64,000 bases of DNA, taken from Candidatus Altimarinota bacterium. GTDB lineage: Bacteria > Patescibacteriota > Gracilibacteria > UBA4473. The notes beneath the pieces were generated by a model. That model saw only the letters and a program-made list of their open reading frames with translations. It was not told the DNA's origin and searched no databases. How positions within the stretch are numbered: position 1 is the first letter of the stretch; the number at the start of each line of letters is the position of its first letter. A program made the translations under genes and the position numbers. The stretch spans positions 640,001 through 704,000 of the forward strand of contig OZ246423.1 of assembly GCA_965231215.1 (NCBI GenBank). The letters are read 5' to 3'. This document shows positions 19,522 through 30,858 of the stretch, piece by piece.

Positions 19522-22500
19522 TTAGGAAGCCCTTTGTTTATCAGGGTCAAAGTGCTTACCGGCAGGGATAAGCCGGCCGATGATAACGTTCTCTTTTAAT
19601 CCGTCAAGCATATCTACTTTTCGGGTTGTAGAAGCCTCCACTAAAACTCTAATGGTTTCTTGGAATGAAGCGGCAGAAAGCCATGAATCAGTCCAGAGAG
19701 AAATACGAGTAAGCCCTAGAAGGAGTCTTTCATATCGTGCTTCTGTTTGGTTCTTCTTGAGCGCTTTATTGGCTTCTTCTACTTCAATTACATCTTGAAT
19801 TTCTCCTGGAAGGAAGTCTGTATCTCCACCATCAAGAATCCGAACTTTGGAAGCCATTTGTTTGGCAATAATCTCGATATGTTTTTCATTGATGTGTTGT
19901 CCTTGAGAAGCGTAAATGTATTGAACTTCATAAAGGATATACTCTTGAACTTTCTCAACAGAAGTGAGTTCCATAAGTTGTCTCAAGTCTACGTGCCCAA
20001 TAGTAAGCCGTTGACCTTTTTCAACACTTTCTCCTTCTTTAATTTGAAGGGTTGTTCTATGAGAAACCGTGTACGATCTTTTTTGAGCTTCGGCTTGTTT
20101 AATAGTGATAACACCTTTTTCGATCTTCGTTACTTTACCAGCAGAGGCGGTTTTGACGTTACTTCGATCTTCAGTTGATCGGGCAATGATTTGTTTCTCT
20201 TTCACCTCTTCTCCTTTTTTCACGCTTGGTTCCATATTGAGACCAAGTTGGTAGTGCTCATCTTCAGCTTTATCGGCTTCGATAAGAATTTTTGTATCGT
20301 TTTTACCTTTCTTGATTTTTACTTTACCAGCGATCTCAGCCAAGACGGCTGGAGATTTTGGGCTTCGAGCTTCAAAGAGTTCATCTACACGGGTCAACCC
20401 TTGAGTAATAGAAGCGCCCTCAGTCGCCACTCCTCCCATATGGAAAGTCCGCATGGTAAGCTGGGTTCCTGGTTCTCCAATTGATTGAGCCGCGATAATG
20501 CCCACAGGGGTTCCAATCTCCGCTACATTCCGGCTTCCTAGGTCATGTCCGTAACATTTTTGGCAACATCCACCGAGCGTTCTACAGTACATAATTGAGC
20601 GTACTTGGATTTCTGAAATTTGGTGATCTCGGATTGTTTGAATTTGCTCATCTCCAATTACTTCTCCTTTTTTAAGAACGGTTTTACCTTTTACTTTCAC
20701 CTCTTCTCCAACCGTGAGTCCGTATACTCTTTCTTCAAAGGACACTCCAAGATAATCTGAATTTTCACGAGTGATTTTTTTGAAAGTATCGGTTCCACAG
20801 TCTTCTTCTCGGATAATAATATCTTGTACAGAGTCCACTAGACGACGAGTAAGGTATCCCGCTTCTGCGGTTTTAAGCGCTGTATCTGATTTTCCTTTAC
20901 GTCCTCCGTGCGTTGCATTGAAATATTCAAGGATGGTAAATCCCTCTTTAAGGTTTGATTTAATGGGAAGTTCAATCGTTCTACCAGAAGGAGAGGCTAC
21001 TAACCCTTTCATTCCGGCCATTTGAGTAATTTGTCCCCAGTTACCTCGGGCTCCCGAATCAATTTGATAGAAAATATCATTTTGATTGTCATACTCATCA
21101 ATCATTTCATTGGTAATATCACTTTTAACACGTGACCAAATTTTGATAGTGTGGTTATATCGTTCCTCATCTGTAATAAGACCGTGTAAATACTGATCAT
21201 TAATGCTGTTTACGATGTGATTTGTTTTATCAATAATTGCTTGTTTGTTCGCTGGAGAAGCCAAGTCATAAGCAGAAATGGTAATTCCAGATTTGGTCGC
21301 ATATCGAAATCCAAGATCTTTAATTTTATCAGCCAGTAATGCGGCTTCATCTGTGCCATATTGGTTAAAAACATCAGAAAGCACGTTTTTAAGTGGGGTT
21401 TTACCAAAAGTGCTATTTTGGTATTCCATAGCTTCTGGAAGAATTTGGTTGAAGAGGACTCTTCCAACGGTAGTTTCTAAAATTTCTGCTCCAATCCGAA
21501 CTTTAATTTTAGCCTGAAGGTGAACTTGTCCTGTTTCATAAGCAAAAATAGCGGCTTCTGGATTCGCAAAGGTTCGTCCTTCTCCAGCTTTTCCATCAAA
21601 AATTTGAGTAAGAAAGTAACATCCAAGTACCATATCCTGTGAAGGACTTACAATCGGTTCACCCGCAGAAGGTTTAAGTAGGTTATTTTTAGAAACAATA
21701 ATTTCTCGGGCTTCTTTCTGCGCATCTTCGGAAAGCGGAAGATGAACCGCCATTTGGTCTCCATCGAAATCCGCATTAAAGGCCGCACAAACAAGCGGAT
21801 GAAGCTGAATCGCTTTTCCTTCAACCAGTCTTGGTTGGAAAGCCTGAATTCCAAGCCTGTGCAGTGTAGGAGCACGATTTAGAAGTACATATTTTCCTTC
21901 AATGACTTCATCCAGAATATCCCAAACCACTTTTTCTCCGTTTTTAATAAGTTTTTCAGCACTCTTCACATTATGAGCTAAATCAAACTTAATTAGTTTT
22001 GAAATTACAAAGGGTTTAAAGAGTTCTAAAGCAATCTTTTTTGGAAGCCCACATTCATGCAATTTTAGTGTTGGCCCAACGACAATCACCGAACGCCCTG
22101 AATAATCTACACGCTTCCCAAGAAGGTTTTGTCTAAACCGTCCTTGTTTTCCTTTAAGCATATCAGAAAGAGATCTCAGTCTTCTTCGTTGAACTTGATT
22201 TACGCCAGATCGAGAGTTTCGAACTGAGTTAGAAATTAAAATATCTACTGATTCTTGAAGCATCCGTTTTTCATTTCGACAAATAATTTCAGGGGCTCCA
22301 AGTTGAATAAGTTTTTTTAGACGAGAGTTACGATTAATAACTCTTCGGTATAAATCATTTAGATCAGAAGTAGCAAAACGACCTCCATCTAGTTGTACCA
22401 TCGGCCGCAATTCTGGTGGAATTACTGGAATTACAGTTAACACCATCCACTCTGGGCGAATATTGCTTCGATGTAGTGATGAAGCAAGTTTAATCCGTTT

Positions 22501-23343
22501 AAGGAGTTTTTTCTCTTTTTGACCTGAGGTCGTTTTAAGCTCTTTTTTAAGTTGTTTTATATAGGCTTCCATCTCAATTTTTTGGATCACTTCTCGAATA
22601 GCATCAGCTCCAATCCCAGCTCGGAAAACATATCCAAATTTCATAGAAATATTTCGGTATTCGGTTTCGGTAAGCACCTTTCCTACATGAAGATCTTTAA
22701 GTTCATCTTTAGCAGTTTTGAAATTTAGATTAATTTCTTCTACTTTAGCGGCTAACTCTTCTTCGAGCGCTATAAGGTCTTTCTCTGTCATATCTCCGTT
22801 TTTTACCGCTTTTTTAGCAGCCTTTAAACTGGCAGCGGATTCTTCTTTATTGGTTTCAATAATTTTTTTATAATCCGCCTCTAATTCTTCTAAAGCTTCT
22901 TTTCGAGATTCTTCATCTACATCTACTACCAAATAAGAAGCAAAATAAACTACTTGTTCTAATTGTTTAACCGAAAGATCTAAAAGTAGACCAATTCTTG
23001 AAGGCGTAGAACGGAGAAACCAGGTATGAGTTACCGGAACCGCTAATTTTATATGTCCCATTCGCTCACGACGAACAATAGAGCGCGTCACCTCAACCCC
23101 ACATCTCTCACAAACAATCCCTTTATACCGAATTCTTTTATACTTTCCACAAGCACATTCCCAGTTTTTTACTGGTCCAAAAATTTTCTGACAGAATAAA
23201 CCATCTGGTTCAGGTTTTTGGGTTCGGTAATTAATGGTTTCGGGTTTCGTTACCTCACCATGAGACCATGACAAAATTTCCTCCGGCGAAGCTACAGATA
23301 GAGCAATTGCGTCGAAGTCTTTGATTTTTTTGATGTTACTCAT
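19522..23343 (-). CDS. rpoC: RNA polymerase beta' subunit
   Basis: [45 protein letters not shown]; start at MSNIKK. Confidence 0.99.
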   Translation of the reverse strand: MSNIKKIKDFDAIALSVASPEEILSWSHGEVTKPETINYRTQKPEPDGLFCQKIFGPVKNWECACGKYKRIRYKGIVCERCGVEVTRSIVRRERMGHIKLAVPVTHTWFLRSTPSRIGLLLDLSVKQLEQVVYFASYLVVDVDEESRKEALEELEADYKKIIETNKEESAASLKAAKKAVKNGDMTEKDLIALEEELAAKVEEINLNFKTAKDELKDLHVGKVLTETEYRNISMKFGYVFRAGIGADAIREVIQKIEMEAYIKQLKKELKTTSGQKEKKLLKRIKLASSLHRSNIRPEWMVLTVIPVIPPELRPMVQLDGGRFATSDLNDLYRRVINRNSRLKKLIQLGAPEIICRNEKRMLQESVDILISNSVRNSRSGVNQVQRRRLRSLSDMLKGKQGRFRQNLLGKRVDYSGRSVIVVGPTLKLHECGLPKKIALELFKPFVISKLIKFDLAHNVKSAEKLIKNGEKVVWDILDEVIEGKYVLLNRAPTLHRLGIQAFQPRLVEGKAIQLHPLVCAAFNADFDGDQMAVHLPLSEDAQKEAREIIVSKNNLLKPSAGEPIVSPSQDMVLGCYFLTQIFDGKAGEGRTFANPEAAIFAYETGQVHLQAKIKVRIGAEILETTVGRVLFNQILPEAMEYQNSTFGKTPLKNVLSDVFNQYGTDEAALLADKIKDLGFRYATKSGITISAYDLASPANKQAIIDKTNHIVNSINDQYLHGLITDEERYNHTIKIWSRVKSDITNEMIDEYDNQNDIFYQIDSGARGNWGQITQMAGMKGLVASPSGRTIELPIKSNLKEGFTILEYFNATHGGRKGKSDTALKTAEAGYLTRRLVDSVQDIIIREEDCGTDTFKKITRENSDYLGVSFEERVYGLTVGEEVKVKGKTVLKKGEVIGDEQIQTIRDHQISEIQVRSIMYCRTLGGCCQKCYGHDLGSRNVAEIGTPVGIIAAQSIGEPGTQLTMRTFHMGGVATEGASITQGLTRVDELFEARSPKSPAVLAEIAGKVKIKKGKNDTKILIEADKAEDEHYQLGLNMEPSVKKGEEVKEKQIIARSTEDRSNVKTASAGKVTKIEKGVITIKQAEAQKRSYTVSHRTTLQIKEGESVEKGQRLTIGHVDLRQLMELTSVEKVQEYILYEVQYIYASQGQHINEKHIEIIAKQMASKVRILDGGDTDFLPGEIQDVIEVEEANKALKKNQTEARYERLLLGLTRISLWTDSWLSAASFQETIRVLVEASTTRKVDMLDGLKENVIIGRLIPAGKHFDPDKQRAS

Positions 23344-23864
23344 AAGTACCAATCAGGCTAAAAAAATAATTTCGAGTTATTCCCTTACTGAAGCTCTTAA
23401 TCTTGAAAATTAAATCATAATCTCTTCTCGTAATCTTTCCAAGTAAGCTCAAAAATAAGGAAAATGTACTCTTTAAGCCGCAAAAATATATAAATTTAAT
23501 GCGCGCGGTCAAATTCTTTTGTCTAAATTTTACTTCCTGTCAAACTTTTTTCCTCTTTATTGGTTTTTATAAAATTTTATAAAATATAGAGTTAGTATTT
23601 AGAAGTAAAAATTTGGGGAAAAAATTTTAATCCCCTATCTAGGGGATTTTTTATTTTATTTCTCTTTAAAAAGTACTTTATTTTTTAAATTTAATTAAAG
23701 ATATAAAACAAAAAATGTATTCTTATTTTTTATTATTTCTGACACTAAAAGCCTGAGTAAAATTTGTTTTATTAAAAAAATATTAATATATGTGGAAAAC
23801 TTGGTGAATAATTTTTGAAAAGGGTTAAAATTTAATGTTTAAAACACCCACAGCTCAAAAAACA

Positions 23865-25070
23865 CTAAGTCCAAATTTCACCGGGTCTTATGAAAGTTTC
23901 CACAGGAATTTTGGATCCTGGCATAAGTTTTGCACCTATCCCAATCTGAGTTCCCTTTCCTACAATAGAACCAAGTTTTTGATGTCTAGAATCTATTTTT
24001 TCCTCTTTTATATTCACGCGAACCGTTTTTTTATCTAATCGTAGGTTAGCAGTACAACTATAAGCTCCGAAGTTTGCATTAGCTTCTACAACAGAGTCTC
24101 CGATATAAGCTATGTGAGAAGTTACATTGCGACCTATCCAACTACGAGCTACTTCTGTGTTATATCCTACAGTAGATCCTTCACCGATATTTGAGCTTCT
24201 CACCAAGGCGTTATTGCCCACAATTACATTTTTACCAATATAACAAGGCCCACATATAACTGCATTTTCATAAATTTTAACACCGGATTCTATCAACACA
24301 TTATTTCCTTTAATGATGGCACTTTTAGCAATATCTGCACTGGCGTCTATATGTGATTTTTGTGTAGCTAAAAAGATATCCATCATTTCTAGTACATGCC
24401 AAGGGTATTTGATGGTTTGCCAATCTTGGTCGTACTCTACGGCTTTAAAATTTTTAGATTTAAAAAGTGAATCCAAAGCTACTTCATATACATCATCATT
24501 TTTTGAGTGGGCTTTATTAAGCGCCAATTTCAAATCTAAAGCCTTTGAAAAAGAGTGAACCACAATATTTACCAGGTCAGAAGGCTCATTTCCTTCCCCT
24601 GGTTTTTCTACGATAGAAAGAATTTTTCCATCTTCATTTTTTTCCAAATATCCCCCAGGAAAATAAACCGTTCTTTTTTGCCCTAAAAGAGCCCCATCAC
24701 AAACCTTCCCTGACTCTATTGTGGAGGCTATAGCCGAAGATTGTACAAAATCATTGCCGTTATGAACCAAGACCGATTCATCGTCATCAACAAATTCAAG
24801 CCCGGCTAAAATTCCACCAGCCATACCCTCATCCAAGTTTTCCTGAATAGTTACTGATGTATTTTTTAAAAAATCGTGTGAAGCACAAAGCGCCTCAATT
24901 TTTTGTCTGTTATCAAGATTACCCACGATGATAAAATTTTTAGCCCCCCCATTTTGGGCATTCTTTAAAAGCTTTAAGATAAGCGCCTCTCCTCCAAAGT
25001 CTAAAAAGTTTTTATCCTCAATTGGATCCATTCGGCTTGAGCGTCCGGCGGCCAGGAAAATAGTTTTCAT
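23865..25070 (-). CDS. Bifunctional sugar-1-phosphate nucleotidyltransferase/acetyltransferase (GlmU-like)
   Basis: LAAGRSSRM, VEKP, hexapeptide beta-helix, YIGDS, TANLRLD. Confidence 0.85.
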   Translation of the reverse strand: MKTIFLAAGRSSRMDPIEDKNFLDFGGEALILKLLKNAQNGGAKNFIIVGNLDNRQKIEALCASHDFLKNTSVTIQENLDEGMAGGILAGLEFVDDDESVLVHNGNDFVQSSAIASTIESGKVCDGALLGQKRTVYFPGGYLEKNEDGKILSIVEKPGEGNEPSDLVNIVVHSFSKALDLKLALNKAHSKNDDVYEVALDSLFKSKNFKAVEYDQDWQTIKYPWHVLEMMDIFLATQKSHIDASADIAKSAIIKGNNVLIESGVKIYENAVICGPCYIGKNVIVGNNALVRSSNIGEGSTVGYNTEVARSWIGRNVTSHIAYIGDSVVEANANFGAYSCTANLRLDKKTVRVNIKEEKIDSRHQKLGSIVGKGTQIGIGAKLMPGSKIPVETFIRPGEIWT

Positions 25071-25087
25071 TTTTGAACCCAGTCTAC

Positions 25088-25630
25088 CTAAACCGATTCA
25101 AATTTAAAGCCTTCTTCCCCATCGAGTAAGACGTAATTCACGCGTTTGTTTTGTAAAAATCTATAACTATCTGGGTCACAAAAGATCTTTATACCTTTGT
25201 CCTCAATAAGGCGGTCCCCCCGTTCGGGTTTTTCTTCAAAATCTAAAAAATAATTTGGCTCGCTTCCGGGATTGAGAGTGACCTCAATACGCAATCCAAA
25301 CCCTTCTTTGCCGGCCTCTTTTTGGAATTCTAAAATTTTAGTTTTAGCGCTTTCGGTGATTTCTGGGTCTGTGGTTTTGCGCTCGCCATCAAGGGCTAGT
25401 TTTAGCTCTATAGCCGCTTCGTTGAGATCTTTAATAACCACCCAAAACAGATCTTCTCCGTAGTGGGCTATTACGCCATCTTTCAGCGTTTCGTACTGAT
25501 TTATATGACACCCCGCACAAGCAATACCGTGGGCGGCTAAAATTTCATGAGCCTCTGGAAATTCTAAAAGAATATCAGAAATAATTTCTTCTCCAGAAAA
25601 CTGTCTATATTGGGTTTTGGTCATCTTCAA
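25088..25630 (-). CDS. DUF1858-like domain fused to HesB/IscA-like domain
   Basis: P...IL...GIACAGC....ETL..G...HG then ITESA...LRIEV...GIKIFCD..S...GFKF. Confidence 0.65.
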   Translation of the reverse strand: MKMTKTQYRQFSGEEIISDILLEFPEAHEILAAHGIACAGCHINQYETLKDGVIAHYGEDLFWVVIKDLNEAAIELKLALDGERKTTDPEITESAKTKILEFQKEAGKEGFGLRIEVTLNPGSEPNYFLDFEEKPERGDRLIEDKGIKIFCDPDSYRFLQNKRVNYVLLDGEEGFKFESV

Positions 25631-25685
25631 AATTACCTTAGTAAAGTCTTTATTATTGTCTAAAAATTAATAGAATTTTCAGTAC

Positions 25686-26531
25686 ATGAATTCCACGCTC
25701 AACGACTTCGACTTGCAATATGCCCGAATTCTGAGAGAAATTTTAGACTACGGTATTGAGGAAAAAAACGAGCGCACCGGCCATATTTGTAAATCACTGC
25801 CTGGAATGCAGATGAAGTTCAATCTAGCGGACGGATTTCCGCTTTTAACACTCCGAAAAATTCCACTAAAGGTCTTTATTGCTGAACAGATGTGGTTTTT
25901 GATGGGACAAAAAAACCTGGCATTTCTTCAGCGATTTACCAAAATTTGGGACGATTTTGCTGAGGCAAATAACTGTGTGGAATCGGCTTATGGCTATCGA
26001 TGGCGGAAACACTTCGGAAGAGACCAAATAGACGGACTGGTAAAACTACTTAAAGAAGATCCTACCTCGCGTCATGGAGTTATCCTTATGTGGGATCCGG
26101 CCGATGATGGATTAGCTTCTGGTACTAAAAAGAAAAACGTACCATGCCCCTATACTTTTACCGTCCAGATTATTGGAGGAAAACTCTGTTTACATCTAGT
26201 GCTCAGGTCTAACGATATGATGTTAGGCAACCCGCACGATGTAGCTGGATTTGGATTAATGGCTCATTTTTTAGCTGAAAAGTTAGGCGTCAATGTGGGA
26301 TGGTTAACGGTTTCTATCTCCAATGCTCATATCTATGACATTCACTTTGATAATGCTAAAGAAATTGTATCTCGAGATATAACCCACAAACCGATAAATT
26401 TTCAATGCCCGAAGGGAAGTTTTGACCGAGCTGAAAATGGAGACGAAGCGTTAGTAGAAGAAATCTTTGCAGCCTTTAAAGCAGAATACGATCCACAAGA
26501 AAGCCTTGGAAGAATGAAGATTGTGTTGTAG
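25686..26531 (+). CDS. thyA: Thymidylate synthase
   Basis: RTG, FPLLT, YGYRWR, PCP, RSND...GNP, NAHIY. Confidence 0.93.
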   Translation: MNSTLNDFDLQYARILREILDYGIEEKNERTGHICKSLPGMQMKFNLADGFPLLTLRKIPLKVFIAEQMWFLMGQKNLAFLQRFTKIWDDFAEANNCVESAYGYRWRKHFGRDQIDGLVKLLKEDPTSRHGVILMWDPADDGLASGTKKKNVPCPYTFTVQIIGGKLCLHLVLRSNDMMLGNPHDVAGFGLMAHFLAEKLGVNVGWLTVSISNAHIYDIHFDNAKEIVSRDITHKPINFQCPKGSFDRAENGDEALVEEIFAAFKAEYDPQESLGRMKIVL

Positions 26532-26542
26532 TTTGAAGTCGA

Positions 26543-27046
26543 ATGAAGGTAATTCTCTTAATGGCTATCACGTTAGATGGGAAAATTGCTAAAGATAGCG
26601 ATCATTTTCCTGATTGGACGGGAAAGAGCGATAAAAAGTTTTTTATGCAACGCACCAAGCAGGCAGGGTGTTTGGTGATGGGATCAAAAACCTATGACAC
26701 CATTGGACGGCCACTTCCAGAACGGAAAAACATTATTATGACTCGCAAGGATCGAGTTTCAGAGTCTGACAATTTGGTGTTCACAAACGATACTCCACAG
26801 CAAATAATTGATCAGTGTAACGAAGAAGGATACACAGAAATCATCCTGGCTGGAGGGGCTCAGATAAATACTTTATGGGCTCAACAAAATTTAATAGACG
26901 AAATTATTCTCACTATTTCGCCTCTCATTTTTGGAGAAGGAATTTCACTTTTTGCTGACAGAGTTGAGCTTAATTTGGAACTGCACGAATTGACAACGCT
27001 GGAGGATAATTTAATCTGCGTACACTACAAAGTAAAGAAATGCTAA
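26543..27046 (+). CDS. Dihydrofolate reductase family protein
   Basis: D...F, VMGSKTY, PLPERKN, AGG; follows thyA. Confidence 0.85.
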   Translation: MKVILLMAITLDGKIAKDSDHFPDWTGKSDKKFFMQRTKQAGCLVMGSKTYDTIGRPLPERKNIIMTRKDRVSESDNLVFTNDTPQQIIDQCNEEGYTEIILAGGAQINTLWAQQNLIDEIILTISPLIFGEGISLFADRVELNLELHELTTLEDNLICVHYKVKKC

Positions 27047-27091
27047 AAACGATGAATTTCTTGTTTTTGAGACATTTCCCTCAATCAAAAT

Positions 27092-27742
27092 ATGATTTTG
27101 ACCCGACACGAAATTCGAGATTTAGTGGAAAAAGGTGACCTCACTTTTGAACCCCAGCTTGATAAATTTCAAAACCAGCCACATGCGGTAGATTTACGAC
27201 TGGGAACGGTCTTTTATATTCCTAAAATTTGGAAAATGACAGACCGAGGGAGAGAAATTGTAACCGTTGATGTAACCGAAACCGCTGGAGACAACTATGA
27301 AAAAATTGAACTCAAGCCAGGGCAGTGTTTTGATCTAGCACCAGGCGAATCAATCATTGCCTCAACGCTAGAAAAAGTGTGCATAGAAGCTCCGGATCTT
27401 ATGGGAATTTTGTATCCTCGGAGTTCAATCAACCGTCGGGGCCTTTCGGTAGACTTAACGGGAATTATCGACACATTTTATTGCGGAAATTTGATGATTC
27501 CTATCCTCAATAAAACTTCTTCACAAATTATTAGAATTTATCCTGGAGAAAGAATCTGTCAGGTGGTTTTTCATAAACTCACCCAATCCCTGACAAAACA
27601 AGAAGCCATGATTCATGGCAAGGTAGCCGCTAAGTATAATGAATGTAATGGACATAATTTGGTTTCCAAGAAAGATGCAGAAGAGGAAATTACTTACATT
27701 AAAGCAGGAAATCTCAAGGGGCTTAAATCTCATGAGTATTGA
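27092..27742 (+). CDS. dcd: dCTP deaminase
   Basis: VDLRLG, RSSINRRG, IYPGERICQ. Confidence 0.9.
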   Translation: MILTRHEIRDLVEKGDLTFEPQLDKFQNQPHAVDLRLGTVFYIPKIWKMTDRGREIVTVDVTETAGDNYEKIELKPGQCFDLAPGESIIASTLEKVCIEAPDLMGILYPRSSINRRGLSVDLTGIIDTFYCGNLMIPILNKTSSQIIRIYPGERICQVVFHKLTQSLTKQEAMIHGKVAAKYNECNGHNLVSKKDAEEEITYIKAGNLKGLKSHEY

Positions 27743-27775
27743 TTATTCGTACCTCATCAGAGATAATAGAGGCTG

Positions 27776-28582
27776 ATGTATTGGGAAATTTTTGGGCACG
27801 AATATTTTTGGCTTAGCTTTTTACCAATCTCTTTTTTAGGGGTTGGGTTTTGGTTGCTGTTTTTTGATAGAGCGAGAAGCAAAAAGGCCCCGCTTCAGTT
27901 TTTGTTTTTTGCGCTTGGAGCCGGCTTTCTTTCAACCGTTTTGTTCATGATTTTTGCAGAAAGCCTCTATATTACAAACCCTTGGGGACTTATTTTTTGG
28001 GAAGAATTTTTTAAAGTAATTATGGCTATTTTAGCGATGGAAATATTTAAAAAACGGTTTGATACTATCGCCGGAGGAGTGGTATATGGTTTTGCAGTAG
28101 GACTTGGATTTGCTCTTGCAGAAAATTTAGTTTACCTCTCACGCATCCATGATATAAGCCAATTTGGAGACACTTTTTGGCTTGCTTTTCAGGGAAGGTT
28201 TTGGAGTTCCACCATTATTCATGGGGTTACCATGGCGGTATTTGGCCTCTTTTATGCTTCGGCCTATCTTTCCCAGACCATTGCCAAAAAAGATCATGAA
28301 TCCCCTTTGACTGTATTTTTTAAGCCTCCAAATGTGGAACAAATATGGCACATTTTTTCACTTCATGTGACGCGTGAGCATTTGCTTTTTCAGCACTTCA
28401 AAGACCTAAATGGGCACTCGGCTAGAGCCGTTATTTTGGAAGGCTTTTTAGTCGCACTCCTTATTCACGGCACCTTTAATTTTGCTATAGAAAAATCTTA
28501 CCCAGAAATTTCCATTCTTTTAGCACTCAGCACCATGTGGTGGTTGCGAGTAAAAGTTGAAAAGGTTTCTTCACCATTATAA
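27776..28582 (+). CDS. PrsW-family intramembrane protease, second paralogue
   Basis: EEFFK, LGFALAEN, IIH, IHGTFN. Confidence 0.85.
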   Translation: MYWEIFGHEYFWLSFLPISFLGVGFWLLFFDRARSKKAPLQFLFFALGAGFLSTVLFMIFAESLYITNPWGLIFWEEFFKVIMAILAMEIFKKRFDTIAGGVVYGFAVGLGFALAENLVYLSRIHDISQFGDTFWLAFQGRFWSSTIIHGVTMAVFGLFYASAYLSQTIAKKDHESPLTVFFKPPNVEQIWHIFSLHVTREHLLFQHFKDLNGHSARAVILEGFLVALLIHGTFNFAIEKSYPEISILLALSTMWWLRVKVEKVSSPL

Positions 28583-28628
28583 AAACACCCCTTTTTGGGT
28601 TTATGGTAGAGACACTCCTTATGAGTTT

Positions 28629-29240
28629 TTAGACGCCTCCAGTCTTGTACCATTCTTCAGCTTGATCCCAGTTAACCACATTCCAGAAAGCGTTAATATA
28701 ATCTGGTCTCCGGTTTTGGTACTTGAGGTAATAGGCATGCTCCCACACATCTAATCCCAAAACACGAGTATATCCTTCAGAAAGAGGTGAATCTTGATTT
28801 GCGGTAGAAATTACTTTTAAGGCCTGGTCTCCATCTAAAACTAACCAGGCCCAACCAGAACCAAACCGGCTGGCTGCGGCATTGTTAAATTCAGATTTAA
28901 GATTTTCTAAGCTTCCAAAAGTAGCTTCTATAGCCGCTTTAAGACTCCCAACAGGCTCAGGGCTCCCGCCTGGAGCGATGATAAACCAGAAGAAGTTATG
29001 ATTACAAAAGCCTCCAACATTGTTTTGAGCTGCCGCTTGGAGGTTAATTGGGAGTTGATCTAGATTTCGCAAAATATCACAAGGGGGTTTCCCTTCCCAC
29101 TCGGTGCCAGTTAGCGCTGCATTGGCTTTATCACAATAGGCTTGGTGATGTTTTGAGTGATGGATTTCCATTGTTTGGGCATCAAAGTGAGGTTCTAATG
29201 CGTCATAAGGATACGAAAGTGGATCCACAGAATAGGGCAT
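28629..29240 (-). CDS. Fe/Mn superoxide dismutase
   Basis: HHSKHH, FGSGWAWL, DVWEHAYY. Confidence 0.97.
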   Translation of the reverse strand: MPYSVDPLSYPYDALEPHFDAQTMEIHHSKHHQAYCDKANAALTGTEWEGKPPCDILRNLDQLPINLQAAAQNNVGGFCNHNFFWFIIAPGGSPEPVGSLKAAIEATFGSLENLKSEFNNAAASRFGSGWAWLVLDGDQALKVISTANQDSPLSEGYTRVLGLDVWEHAYYLKYQNRRPDYINAFWNVVNWDQAEEWYKTGGV

Positions 29241-29332
29241 AGTTTTTAGGAGTTAAAGTACAAATAAATGTTAGGGGTTTAACAAAAAGATGGAAGTTGA
29301 CAAATTTGACCAAAATATTTATTAGTTACCTA

Positions 29333-29682
29333 ATGAAACCTGAAATTGTTGCTCAAATTAAGACTCTAGCAGAAGAGGCTACGAGGACATTAGAAGTGAG
29401 TGAAGAGGCTTTGCTTGCTTTTTTAATCAATGTTTCACTGCTTCATAAAGTTACAGATAAATCCAGTTTATGTGAGAAACAATTATTGGAATTGATAACC
29501 GCCACCCTGAAAAGACTTGAAGAAATGAAAAAATTAGAACTCCAAAGGGGGACCAACCAACAGATAGAAGCATAGCAGGTAATGAGGTTCTGTTTGGCGA
29601 GCATGCAGCGCCAGTTATCAAATTTGTTAATAGCGTCATAGCGGTGCTTCAGGCTGAAATAGAGAGCTCTGCTAAAAATTAA
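29333..29682 (+). pseudogene. Hypothetical helical protein, probably frameshifted at an A6 run
   Basis: Frame 1 stops at 29575; the -1 frame after ATGAAAAAA (29525-29533) stays open to TAA at 29682 and fills the gap to recA. Confidence 0.4.
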
Positions 29683-30677
29683 ATAGCCGCTTTTTCCCGA
29701 ATAAGCCCGTCAATCTCGGCGGCTAAATCTGGATTAGCTTTTAAGAAATCCACAGATTTGGCTTTTCCTTGTCCAAGCTTGGTATCTAAATAGCTGTAGA
29801 AAGATCCAGATTTTTGAATGATGTTTAGCTGCACACCCACTTCAAGCAGGTCTCCCATTTTGGAAATACCTTCGTTGAACAGGATATCAACGGTGGAGGT
29901 TTTAAATGGGGGGGCTACTTTGTTTTTAACCACTTTGATTCGGGCTTCGTTTCCATGAGCCTCTTTGGCGTCACCGGTTCCCGCTTCAAGCTTGGCTCCT
30001 TTACGGATTTCCATTCGCACAGAAGCGTAGAATTTAAGGGCGTTCCCTCCAGTGGTGGTTTCTGGGTTTCCAAACATCACTCCAATTTTCATTCGAATTT
30101 GATTGATGAAAATAATAGTCGTCCCCATTTTGTTGGCGGTGGCGGTAAGTTTCCGCAAGGCTTGACTCATAAGGCGTGCTTGCAGCCCCATGTGTGAGTC
30201 TCCCATTTCTCCTTCGATTTCGGCACGAGGGGTGAGGGCGGCTACTGAGTCTACAATAATAAGATCTACACCTCCCGACCGCACTAAAGCTTCAGTGATG
30301 TCTAGGGCCTGCTCTCCTGAGTCTGGCTGAGAAAGCAGAAGGTTTTCTACATCTACCCCAACTTTTTCAGCATATTCGGGGTCAAGCGCATGCTCAGCAT
30401 CGACAAAGGCGACGGTCCCCCCGGCTTTTTGAAATTCCGCCACAGCGTGTAAACACAGGGTCGTTTTACCAGAAGATTCTGGGCCATAGATTTCAATAAT
30501 TCTTCCCTTGGGATAGCCTCCCCCCAAGGCCATGTCTATAGAGATGGCTCCAGAAGAAACGGTTTCAATTTTTTGTTGTTCATGGTCTCCCATTCTCATA
30601 ACGGCCCCTTTCCCAAAGTTTTTTTCAATTTGAGCGAGAGCTGATTTTAATGCTTCCTGTTTGGCGGTGTCTGACAT
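29679..30677 (-). CDS. recA: Recombinase A
   Basis: [36 protein letters not shown]. Confidence 0.99.
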   Translation of the reverse strand: MSDTAKQEALKSALAQIEKNFGKGAVMRMGDHEQQKIETVSSGAISIDMALGGGYPKGRIIEIYGPESSGKTTLCLHAVAEFQKAGGTVAFVDAEHALDPEYAEKVGVDVENLLLSQPDSGEQALDITEALVRSGGVDLIIVDSVAALTPRAEIEGEMGDSHMGLQARLMSQALRKLTATANKMGTTIIFINQIRMKIGVMFGNPETTTGGNALKFYASVRMEIRKGAKLEAGTGDAKEAHGNEARIKVVKNKVAPPFKTSTVDILFNEGISKMGDLLEVGVQLNIIQKSGSFYSYLDTKLGQGKAKSVDFLKANPDLAAEIDGLIREKAAI

Positions 30678-30858
30678 TTTAATATTGATTAGTAATTAAT
30701 AGTGTATAAAAGTTTTAGTTTCTTACCAAGCTTTGGTAGGCAAATCCACTAGTGCTGAATTGGCGCTCTTTCTTAGGGAGTCTTATTTTTTTACGAGGAG
30801 ACTGAAGCAATCTTCCTGTCGTTTTAATTCGAGTTGGTCTATAGGTAAAAATCATCGT

